Source of the DNA: Anaerovoracaceae bacterium
Lineage (GTDB): Bacteria > Bacillota > Clostridia > Peptostreptococcales > Anaerovoracaceae
Reading direction: 5' to 3'
Assembly: GCA_963676385.2 (NCBI GenBank)
Contig: CAXXMM010000007.1
Coordinates: forward strand, 38,096 to 62,095
DNA: 24,000 bases
Shown: positions 16,132 through 23,660 of the stretch, one piece after another
Position numbering within the stretch: the first letter of the stretch is position 1
Layout of the letters: each line of letters opens with the position of its first letter
Translations under genes and position numbers: made by a program
Notes under the pieces: generated by a model
What the model was told of the DNA's origin: nothing
Seen by the model: only the letters and a program-made list of their open reading frames with translations
The model's database searches: none

Positions 16132-16845
16132 CTATAATTCTGGCCAAACGCATTCGTCAGGTCCAACCCCAAGAGCTTTCTTCCCTGTTAATATCCCAAT
16201 ATGTAGTTTTTCATCATTTACTATTGTATGGATCTCTTTGAGTATATTTATATAGTCGTTTCTATCCTTTAATGCCACAGCTTTTTCCTTGAGTATAACA
16301 ACCATAAATAGCATTTTATCGCATCCTTCGTTTAAAAATGTATTGATAAGTTGTTGTCTTTTTTCTTCACCAATAAACTTATTATATATTGTCATTATCA
16401 ATTCATCTTTCTCCCACTTCTGTCTACCAGAAACGGCAATTGTTGTGACCTCTACACAATATTTTTTGTTTCCATAAAATGCCACAATATCAGATTGTCG
16501 TTTGTGTTTGTCATGAATAAGTTCAAAATTTATAAATTTCATTTCTCCAAGATAATTGAGAACTCTTACTTCGGCTAAAGCCGCGTCAACCCGGGCTTCA
16601 TCAAAATCATTTACAGAAAGTCCCGTCATCTCAAAAATATAATTTACATCATATCCAGTATGGTTTTCGGCCAATTGAAACATCTTACTTAAGGCCTTTA
16701 CGGTATTGATCTTGTTTTCAAATAGCGCTCGAGTGAGGCTATTTTCCTTTCTGTTATTAATACAATTTTTATAGTAATCTACAAGTGATTTTGGTATATA
16801 TGGATCAGCTTCTAGCTCTAAAATGTTCGATTGTAAGATTTGCAT
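16132..16845 (-). CDS. hypothetical 237-aa protein (orphan; weak hint of a restriction-endonuclease-like core)
   Basis: I place the start at ATG 16845 (MQILQSN), with GGGAGGA upstream. The track start at 16905 is a TTG with no RBS. The only motif-like stretch is SDIVAFYGNKKYCVEVTT (D ... E-x-T), which is not a canonical D...(D/E)xK. Confidence 0.6.
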   Translation of the reverse strand: MQILQSNILELEADPYIPKSLVDYYKNCINNRKENSLTRALFENKINTVKALSKMFQLAENHTGYDVNYIFEMTGLSVNDFDEARVDAALAEVRVLNYLGEMKFINFELIHDKHKRQSDIVAFYGNKKYCVEVTTIAVSGRQKWEKDELIMTIYNKFIGEEKRQQLINTFLNEGCDKMLFMVVILKEKAVALKDRNDYINILKEIHTIVNDEKLHIGILTGKKALGVGPDECVWPEL

Positions 16846-16906
16846 AAATCCTCCCTTCACACATATTCGTGGAACACTATAATACTTATTGTTTGCGCAC
16901 GACAAA

Positions 16907-19816
16907 TTATAAATTTAAACTATGTGTCAAATAATCATATATATCCTCCCGCACTGGTGTGTGCAGGAAGTAGTCGATTTCCACGGCGGACTTTTCGGTT
17001 CCGGGCATGATGAATTCTGTTGGTTTGCCTTGGGTTTCCATGGTGCCAAGGAAATAAAACTCCTTTGAAGTATTGTCATCTTTATTCTTACGCACGAAGA
17101 GAAGAATGATAACACCTCTTTCTTTAGCTTCATAAATTGTTTGCATGTCTTCCGATTCTTTTGTCCTGCCACCCTTGGAAATAGCAATCAACTTGTTTGG
17201 AGAAACAAAACGATCCTCATATTTTATCGTTGCGGCGATATCTTCATCTTTGTTATAGTTAATGAACACGGGGAAGGTCTTGGTGGTTCGGTCATATTTG
17301 TATCCCCCAATGTTCAGAGGGACTTCTGATTTTTCCCAGTCCATACAGCGGCAAGCGTCTTCATAGGTGTATTTTTGGTACAAGGTAAGGTTAATGTCCC
17401 CATACCGCTCCTTACAATTTCGCTCATAGTTATCTTTTGTAAGTCCCAAAACTTCTTCCACTAACTTTCTAAAAGTCTGATCTTTTAGGGCTTCCTTGAA
17501 GGCCTTGCTGATTTGGTATTCACCATTTATTTTTTCGATGAATATGCAGTTTTTGTAAGTAGCCTTTCCGCTTCCTGAAGTAAATTCATTGGTACAAATA
17601 TTGATTACGTTGTTGATGGTGTTTTCAGTTGGCAATATGCCATATTCTTCTTTCATTGTAGCGACAAAAGTTTCAACGGGACTCTTCTTGTTTGCCAACA
17701 AGACACGAAGAAACACCTCTTCATGAATTCTTTTTCCATTGGCAAATTTAACGGATATATATTCCAAGAATTCTTTTTGCAACTCTGTCAGTTCAACATG
17801 ATACTCTTTCTCATATTTCTTTAAGTAGTTGTAATATGATCCAAATTTATCAATAAAGCGCAAGATATCAATGGTGCCATGGTTATAGAAATCCTCCATG
17901 CTAGGAATTCTGCCCAGCCGGATTTTCAAATCAGTGTAAGCTTTTTTTAGAAGTTGAACATCTTGGAACCTTGCCTTATCCAAGGCCTGAAAAATTCGTT
18001 CTTTTGTGACTTGGTCAAAGCTTATGGTGGAGCATCCTGGTATAATTCTGCTTCCCTCTAATATGTATTTTCGAATGGTATCTTTGTTGTAGGAATAATC
18101 TCCTGAAAGAGCAATGGGAATCAGATAGTTATTCTTATAATTTCCAATAAAGTCGATCACCACCACATATTCCTTGTTGGGAATACGTCTGAGTCCTCTC
18201 CCCAACTGCTGCACAAATATAATCGCTGACTGGGTAGGTCGCAGCATCACAATTTGATTGATGGAAGGGATATCCACCCCTTCATTAAAAACATCCACTG
18301 TGACCACGTAGTCCAGCAGGTCTTCCCCATGATCGGCTTCCAACCGTGCAATGGCCAGTTCTCTTGTATCTTGAGAATCGTCACCTGTCAAGGCTTGGGT
18401 CCGATAGCCGTTTTTGTTTAGTTCATCAGACAGCCATCTGGCTTCTTCTTTTCGGCTGGTAAAAATCAGACCTTTTACCCGGTCTCCATCATAGCCATAG
18501 TATTGGATTTTTGAAATGATATGTTTGATTCTTTCATCGTTGGTCAAATACTTAAAGTCCGTATCATCCTTGATGACTTCCCCATTCACCGACATTTCGC
18601 TGACACCAAAGTAATGAAATGGGCAAATCATGTTTTCTTCCATGGCTTGTTTCAGTCGAATTTCATAGGCCACATTATGGTCAAACATGGCAAAAATATC
18701 AAACTCATCATTTCGTTCTGGGGTAGCGGACATGCCAAGCAGAAATTTTGGGTGGAAATAGTTATTTACTTTTTGATAGGTGGAAGCTCCCGCACGGTGG
18801 ACTTCATCAAAGACAATATAGTCAAAATCATCCGGCGCAAATTTCTGAAGCACGTCATCTTTTGACAATGTTTGGATGGTGGAAAAGATAAAATCTGCCT
18901 CAAAGTCTTTGTTGTTACCGCTGAGAATTGCTGTTTTTAGCTCCGACCCAAAAACGCGTCGAAAACTTCGCTGTGCTGATTTTGCAATGGTTTCTCGATG
19001 AACGATAAATAGGAATTTCTTTGCGCCAGCTTTTAGGGCATCAAAGGCAGCCAGATAGGTCTTTCCCGTTCCTGTGGCAGAAATCAATAGGGCCTTTGTC
19101 TCTCCACTTTTTCGAAGTCGTTCCAATGATGACAAGGCAGCCACTTGCATTTTGTTCGGGCTGATTCGTCCAATATGTCCTACCCGCTGGATTGCAATAT
19201 CTTTGTAACGCCTTTCGTCTTTATAGATTTTGGCATACTCATCAATCCACTCAAGGGTAACCGGGGTGGCCCGTTCATAGATCCCTTCAAACTCATGTAA
19301 GGATTCTTTGACAAGGTTGCCATTCTCGGCAGAAATCACCTTGAGATTCCATTCTTTGTTCAAGCAAAGAGCTGCTTGAGTCAGGTTACTGCTGCCAACG
19401 ATAATGGCGTATTCCGTTCCACGTCTGAATATATAGCCCTTGGAATGAAGGGCAGCTTCCTCTTCCGTAAGAATGCGGAGCTGAATGTTTTTTAGATTTA
19501 ATAATCTGCGTAATGCAGTGGGTTCAGTAAAATTTTGATATTGAGACGCAACAATTTTGCCTTTAACGCCTTTTTGCTCCAGTTCTTTTAGGATATCGCT
19601 TAATACCGATACCCCGCTGTTGGTGATAAACGCCACAGAAAAGAAAAATTCATCGCACTTGCCAAGCTCCGTGATGATGGAAGACAAAACCTTTTCTCCT
19701 TGCTGATAATCGTTTACAAGAAGTCTTGGTTTGTATTGTTCAGATACGATGCATTCTTTGTCAATAAAGGCATAACTGGCTCCATTGGCAATCTCAAGAT
19801 TATTTCCCAAAACCAT
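16907..19816 (-). CDS. HKD (PLD-family) nuclease - SF2 DEAD/DEAH-type helicase - DUF3427 fusion protein
   Basis: 969 aa. The N-terminus has a single HKD motif, ALHSKGYIF ... VGSSNLT. Helicase motif I is ISATGTGKT, II is VFDEVH, III is MSATPER and VI is QQLGRGLR. The C-terminal ~300-aa region after the helicase core ends in a ~150-aa domain (GGYKYD ... ILLFVRKN ... FYFLGT) that fits my recollection of DUF3427. The start is ATG 19816 or, better spaced from GGGAGG, TTG 19810. Confidence 0.92.
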   Translation of the reverse strand: MVLGNNLEIANGASYAFIDKECIVSEQYKPRLLVNDYQQGEKVLSSIITELGKCDEFFFSVAFITNSGVSVLSDILKELEQKGVKGKIVASQYQNFTEPTALRRLLNLKNIQLRILTEEEAALHSKGYIFRRGTEYAIIVGSSNLTQAALCLNKEWNLKVISAENGNLVKESLHEFEGIYERATPVTLEWIDEYAKIYKDERRYKDIAIQRVGHIGRISPNKMQVAALSSLERLRKSGETKALLISATGTGKTYLAAFDALKAGAKKFLFIVHRETIAKSAQRSFRRVFGSELKTAILSGNNKDFEADFIFSTIQTLSKDDVLQKFAPDDFDYIVFDEVHRAGASTYQKVNNYFHPKFLLGMSATPERNDEFDIFAMFDHNVAYEIRLKQAMEENMICPFHYFGVSEMSVNGEVIKDDTDFKYLTNDERIKHIISKIQYYGYDGDRVKGLIFTSRKEEARWLSDELNKNGYRTQALTGDDSQDTRELAIARLEADHGEDLLDYVVTVDVFNEGVDIPSINQIVMLRPTQSAIIFVQQLGRGLRRIPNKEYVVVIDFIGNYKNNYLIPIALSGDYSYNKDTIRKYILEGSRIIPGCSTISFDQVTKERIFQALDKARFQDVQLLKKAYTDLKIRLGRIPSMEDFYNHGTIDILRFIDKFGSYYNYLKKYEKEYHVELTELQKEFLEYISVKFANGKRIHEEVFLRVLLANKKSPVETFVATMKEEYGILPTENTINNVINICTNEFTSGSGKATYKNCIFIEKINGEYQISKAFKEALKDQTFRKLVEEVLGLTKDNYERNCKERYGDINLTLYQKYTYEDACRCMDWEKSEVPLNIGGYKYDRTTKTFPVFINYNKDEDIAATIKYEDRFVSPNKLIAISKGGRTKESEDMQTIYEAKERGVIILLFVRKNKDDNTSKEFYFLGTMETQGKPTEFIMPGTEKSAVEIDYFLHTPVREDIYDYLTHSLNL

Positions 19817-20213
19817 CCTCCCGCATTAGCTTCTCGACGATTGGCACGTCAGCAGGTGCCCACTCCAGTTGCAGCAAATCCTTTTTGTCCATCCATTTGA
19901 AATCAATGTGTTCAGTCAATGTAAATTTGTCAGATTCTACAGGGCACAAGAAGCTGTGCATTTTAATGAAAAAATCCGGATATTGATGTTCAATGGTCAA
20001 AAAAGAATCCACTTTTGATTGTTCCAGTTGAAGCTCCATCTCTTCATCAATCTCCCTAAGCAAGGCAACTTCCGGCGTTTCCCCTGGCTCGATTTTTCCT
20101 CCTGGGAATTCGTACTTGTATGAGATATAATCATAAGTTCCCTTGCCGCGCTGCATGCAAAGGATTTTTTGGTTATACGTGATAATGGCTGCTACAACTT
20201 CAATTGATTTCAT
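19800..20213 (-). CDS. NUDIX hydrolase (MutT/NudG-like size and layout)
   Basis: 137 aa. The Nudix box is GGKIEPGETPEVALLREIDEEMEL (G-x5-E-x7-REUxEE). The stop codon lies 17 nt inside the helicase ORF, and the helicase RBS lies inside the NUDIX 3' end. Confidence 0.9.
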   Translation of the reverse strand: MKSIEVVAAIITYNQKILCMQRGKGTYDYISYKYEFPGGKIEPGETPEVALLREIDEEMELQLEQSKVDSFLTIEHQYPDFFIKMHSFLCPVESDKFTLTEHIDFKWMDKKDLLQLEWAPADVPIVEKLMREDGFGK

Positions 20214-20231
20214 AATGTTCCTTTTTCTTGT

Positions 20232-20266
20232 AAAAAACAGACCGCACCAAAATCAGGTTCGCTCTG
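20232..20266 (-). terminator. terminator-like hairpin + U6 inside the leader of the NUDIX cassette (possible attenuator)
   Basis: Minus-strand RNA: CAGAGCGAACC / loop UGAUUUU / GGUGCGGUCUG (11 positions, 9 paired), followed by UUUUUU. It lies between the promoter at 20372-20400 and the NUDIX ATG at 20213. It begins 2 nt after the stop of a 13-codon uORF (20268-20309). Confidence 0.45.
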
Positions 20267-20371
20267 CTCATATAATTGCTATTTCTTTTTCTCTAACTTC
20301 ATTTTTCATATGCCCCCCAAGGCTTATATGAACGGCGTGATATGGCTTTCACTCAAGCACCCAACGTATTG

Positions 20372-20400
20372 ATTGTACAATAATAATGTACAAGTATCAA
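20372..20400 (-). promoter_or_regulatory. sigma-A-type promoter of the NUDIX-helicase cassette
   Basis: The minus strand reads TTGATA - 17 nt - TACAAT. It lies about 160 nt upstream of the NUDIX ATG. Confidence 0.55.
20373..20393. promoter_or_regulatory. palindromic operator candidate overlapping the promoter spacer and -10
   Basis: TTGTACA-ATAATAA-TGTACAA: perfect 7-bp arms with a 7-nt AT spacer. Confidence 0.45.
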
Positions 20401-20440
20401 GCCGCTTTCACGGACTAACTTGTTATTATAAAAACTTTTC

Positions 20441-20505
20441 CAAAAGGGGAACTTAGGGGTGATAGTTTAGTGTAATCCTTCAAAATCTAAGCTCGCTTAG
20501 TTCCC
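20441..20505 (-). terminator. structured 3' region / probable terminator after the lipoprotein gene
   Basis: Minus-strand outer stem GGGAACU / AGUUCCC (7 bp; 20447-20505), then CUUUUG. An inner hairpin CUAAG-CGAG-CUUAG is followed by AUUUUG. It starts about 30 nt after the stop at 20536. Confidence 0.35.
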
Positions 20506-20535
20506 AGCTCCCTCGCAAATCCATAAAGCTAATAA

Positions 20536-21021
20536 TTATTTTATCTCTATATCATCAGGTGAAGTTATCTCTATCTCTGGACTGCCTTTATACATTTCAA
20601 CAGTACCGCTTACCTTGATTGTCTCCCCTGCATACATATCTTCTGGTGCACTTGAAAAATTGTCTCGATCCTCTTCCCATATTACTACTGTAAACCGCTC
20701 TGCGCTTGAATAGTCTCCTCCAACATCCAAAAAAGTTGGACTTCCATTGCTTGATTCGGCATAATATGTACTAACAACCGGCCCTTCAACTGTAACATAT
20801 TCGCCTACATATTGGTCGGCATCTGACCATGAAACTACATCTGAAAAAGTCCCAATGGTTGATTCAAATTCATCCCCAACATTTGTCGAAGTAGATGGCT
20901 CAACAGCGTTATCACTTGACTCATCGTTTGATGCGCCACAACCGCTAAACGCCAAGATAACAAGTAGCATAATAATAGCAAGCAAAGTAATGTTATTTTT
21001 GTTTCCCAATATTTTTTTCAT
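20536..21021 (-). CDS. lipoprotein with a probable OB-fold (nucleic-acid-binding-type) domain
   Basis: 161 aa. Signal peptide and lipobox LAFSGCG. The C-terminal pattern YVGEYVTVEGPVVS ... FLDVGGDY ... FTVVIWEED ... GETIKVSGTVEMYKGSPEIEI resembles the OB-fold modules of secreted DNA-binding/nuclease-associated proteins. Confidence 0.75.
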   Translation of the reverse strand: MKKILGNKNNITLLAIIMLLVILAFSGCGASNDESSDNAVEPSTSTNVGDEFESTIGTFSDVVSWSDADQYVGEYVTVEGPVVSTYYAESSNGSPTFLDVGGDYSSAERFTVVIWEEDRDNFSSAPEDMYAGETIKVSGTVEMYKGSPEIEITSPDDIEIK

Positions 21022-21065
21022 TTCCTCACTTCATTTCTCCCCATACCCACATTGATTTTCCCCCG

Positions 21066-21683
21066 CTATTTCTCCTTCAATTCCTTTGCTACAGAATACA
21101 GGTTGGAGGACACCACGTCCACCAGGTCGTCGTTGAATTCTTTCACGTACCAGGTCCCATCCACTTGTATACATGGGACATCAATGGTTTTTTCTGTATA
21201 GCTTTTGGTGGCGGCTTTGGTGTTTTCTTTGAGGAGTTTGGCCCCCAGTTGAATCATTTCGTTGTTGGTCATTTCTTTTCCCGCCAAGGCAGAAGAAACT
21301 GCTTTTTTGAACAAGCCAACGATGGTCGCTCCAAAAGGCTCTGTTCCATCAATATATTTGCATTTCACAGTAACGGTGGCCTTCTTCCCATCTGTTTTGA
21401 TTCCGGTTACTTCATAAGTCATCTTCTTGGCGTTTTCTTTTAGGTAGTCAATGAAAGGTGCTACTGCAGGGTCCTCCGTTTCCTCAAAATATTTGTTTGC
21501 AGAACCCAAATCTCCTTTGTCGGTTGGGTCCAATGCCTTAGACATCCCATCGCTGTCAAAGTTTTTGGCTGCGGCAAAGAAGTTGTCGATTGCGGTTTCC
21601 GGCCTGTTACCACAACCTGTCATGGCAAACATAAGTGCCAGCACCATAACGGTAACCATAACCGTAACGATTGATTTTTTCAT
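21066..21683 (-). CDS. lipoprotein, function unknown
   Basis: 205 aa. Signal peptide with lipobox FAMTGCG. GAGGAG lies 6 nt before the ATG. Confidence 0.8.
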   Translation of the reverse strand: MKKSIVTVMVTVMVLALMFAMTGCGNRPETAIDNFFAAAKNFDSDGMSKALDPTDKGDLGSANKYFEETEDPAVAPFIDYLKENAKKMTYEVTGIKTDGKKATVTVKCKYIDGTEPFGATIVGLFKKAVSSALAGKEMTNNEMIQLGAKLLKENTKAATKSYTEKTIDVPCIQVDGTWYVKEFNDDLVDVVSSNLYSVAKELKEK

Positions 21684-21836
21684 ATACCGCTCCTCACGTG
21701 TGAAGGATTTAATGTCACCCCTAAATAATTTTCCAAAAAAACAAAGCCAGACGAATATCGCCTAACTTCGATTTGACTTTATATGATTTCTAAGCATCCA
21801 ATTATTCATTGTTTTCCCCACTCAGACACAACATTT

Positions 21837-21865
21837 ATTATACTAGCATTTTATTGATATTTCAA
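21837..21865 (-). promoter_or_regulatory. sigma-A-type promoter of the lipoprotein genes
   Basis: The minus strand reads TTGAAA - 17 nt - TATAAT. It lies about 150 nt upstream of the ATG at 21683. Confidence 0.55.
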
Positions 21866-21935
21866 TGTGCGATTATTGCTGTCTTGTATGCTTTCATTAT
21901 GGGAGATGGATGTGACGATAAACCGTACAGCAAAG

Positions 21936-21948
21936 TGCGGATATTAGG
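21936..21948. repeat. 13-bp direct repeat flanking the IS (left copy, putative target-site duplication)
   Basis: tgcggatattagg abuts IRL and is identical to 23595-23607. Confidence 0.7.
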
Positions 21949-21973
21949 CGTTAATTGCAAAACTAAACGCAAC
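21949..21973. repeat. IS left terminal inverted repeat (IRL)
   Basis: cgttaattgcaaaactaaacgcaac. Confidence 0.8.
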
Positions 21974-22073
21974 TTTTTGTCTACTTTTACTTGTGCAAAC
22001 TTGCATTTACTATTGCAAAGAGTCATTTTTGGATATACTTAATTCTGGTTGTCTGACCGGAATGGAGCATATC

Positions 22074-23375
22074 ATGAGCAAGCACTTATCTTTGTCGGAC
22101 AGAGCACTGATTGAACGCTGCCTTGTCCGAAATTTCACCTTCAACTCAATCGCCAGGTTGCTTGGACGTTCTTCATCCACCGTTTCACGTGAAATCCAAA
22201 AGCACCGTGCTTTTGCCAGTCGCATCGGCGATGGCAAGAACGAATGTCTCAACTATTTTGGATGTCTTCGTACGGACCTTTGTGGCGAGGCCCGCTCCAC
22301 AGGCTGTTTTTCCAGATGCAAAACCTGCAAAGATTTCGACTGTCAAGCCTTGTGCGGCCAATTTGTCTCAGTTCACTGCAAGCTCCTTGAAAAGCCTCCC
22401 TATGTCTGCACCGGATGCCTTTCACAAAAGGCCTGCAGGAAAGATCATGCCTACTACTCCGCACATCGGGCCCATGCAGCTTACCTAACCACCCTGAAGG
22501 AAAGCAGAAAAGGGCTTCGAATCAGTCCACAAAAGCTGTCGGAAATTGGAATTCTCATTTCTCCCCTCATCATGAAGGGCCAGTCCATCAACCACATTTT
22601 CTCCACTCATGCGGATGAAATCGGCTGCTCCGAGCGAACCATTTACAAGTACATCGACTGCCGGGCTTTCGATGTCAGGAACATCGATCTTCCCAAAAAA
22701 GTCGCCTACCGGCAACGAAAAAAGCAAAAAGTGCTGACAAAACTGGAGTATCGCTGCCGCAAAGGCCGCACCTACGAGGATTTCAACCATTATCTCGGCG
22801 AGCATCCCGGTGTTTCCGTCGTCGAGATGGACACGGTAAAAGGCAAGCGTTGCAAAGGCAAGGTTATCCTCACCATGATTTTTCGGCAAAACAATTTTAT
22901 GCTTATGTTTCTTATGGACGATGGCAAAATGAAAAGTGTTGAAGCTGTCTTCGACAAACTCACAAGCCTGCTTGGGCTTTCCTTGTTCCGCAAACTCTTC
23001 CCGATTATCCTCACCGACAACGGAGTCGAATTCAAGAACCCCGAAAACCTCGAATATTCGCTAAGCAACTGTCAGCGCACCCGGATCTTTTACTGCGACC
23101 CTCAGGCATCCTGGCAAAAGCCGCAGGTGGAGAAAAACCACGCCCTGCTTCGGCGAATCCTGCCCAAAGGCGTTTCATTCGACCCCTTATCTCAGGCGGA
23201 CCTGAACGTGGTTTGTCGTCACATCAACAGCGTGGCAAGAGAGGTATTCGGCAACAAAACGCCGTTTCAACTCCTGCAAGGGAAAGACTATGGAAAACTG
23301 CTGGATTCACTTGATCTCTCACCTATTCCACCCGATGAGGTCATTTTGAAACCGGCACTACTCAAACGTAAGTAG
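22074..23375 (+). CDS. IS30-family DDE transposase
   Basis: The N-terminal HTH is LSLSDRALIERCLVRNFTFNSIARLLGRSSSTVSREIQKH. The catalytic region has VVEMDTV ... ILTDNGVEF ... SWQKPQVEKNHALLRRILPKG. A Cys-rich insert follows the HTH. I place the start at ATG 22074 (MSKHLS), with GGAG 6 nt upstream. The track start is 21993. Confidence 0.92.
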   Translation: MSKHLSLSDRALIERCLVRNFTFNSIARLLGRSSSTVSREIQKHRAFASRIGDGKNECLNYFGCLRTDLCGEARSTGCFSRCKTCKDFDCQALCGQFVSVHCKLLEKPPYVCTGCLSQKACRKDHAYYSAHRAHAAYLTTLKESRKGLRISPQKLSEIGILISPLIMKGQSINHIFSTHADEIGCSERTIYKYIDCRAFDVRNIDLPKKVAYRQRKKQKVLTKLEYRCRKGRTYEDFNHYLGEHPGVSVVEMDTVKGKRCKGKVILTMIFRQNNFMLMFLMDDGKMKSVEAVFDKLTSLLGLSLFRKLFPIILTDNGVEFKNPENLEYSLSNCQRTRIFYCDPQASWQKPQVEKNHALLRRILPKGVSFDPLSQADLNVVCRHINSVAREVFGNKTPFQLLQGKDYGKLLDSLDLSPIPPDEVILKPALLKRK

Positions 23376-23420
23376 CAGTATTTGGTCAGACAACCAACTG
23401 ATATACCTGCGAAAAACGGG

Positions 23421-23445
23421 GTCGCGTTTACTTTTGCAAAAAACT
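23421..23445. repeat. internal extra copy of the IS right-end repeat
   Basis: The reverse complement agttttttgcaaaagtaaacgcgac matches IRL at 20/25 (core 17/19). It lies 46 nt after the transposase stop and 125 nt inside the outer IRR. Confidence 0.7.
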
Positions 23446-23569
23446 TTAGCCCTGTTTGTTTGCTGTGCCTGTTTCATAGCGAATTCTAGCAGTTTCAATT
23501 GTATTTTACACGATTCCCGACCCAATTTCCGCAACAAATATGATCTATGGTGATGTTTTTTGATTTACG

Positions 23570-23594
23570 GTTGCTTTTAGTTTTTCATTTAACA
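23570..23594. repeat. IS right terminal inverted repeat (outer IRR)
   Basis: The reverse complement tgttaaatgaaaaactaaaagcaac matches IRL at 21/25. Confidence 0.8.
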
Positions 23595-23607
23595 TGCGGA
23601 TATTAGG
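23595..23607. repeat. 13-bp direct repeat flanking the IS (right copy)
   Basis: tgcggatattagg abuts the outer IRR. Confidence 0.7.
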
Positions 23608-23660
23608 ATGTTGGGGCGGATATCATACAGCTGCAAGCTCTTCCTTACCCTATAATAACG

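Larger units (their letters stand above)
21949..23594 (+). mobile_element. IS30-family insertion sequence, complete (1646 bp)
   Basis: It is bounded by 25-bp imperfect inverted repeats that match at 21/25. It is flanked by an identical 13-bp direct repeat. It encodes a single IS30-type DDE transposase. Confidence 0.85.

Noticed and set aside
20447-20505. tRNA-like look: a 7-bp acceptor-type stem GGGAACT/AGTTCCC
   Set aside because: It is only 59 nt long. There are no D- or T-arm pairings, no GTTCRA T-loop and no CCA context. A structured terminator or 3' UTR of the lipoprotein gene explains it better.
21809-22042. 77-aa plus-strand ORF, together with the 68-aa ORF at 23594-23800
   Set aside because: Both read across the IS termini into flanking DNA. 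Joining them across the empty site gives no convincing protein, and neither has an RBS.
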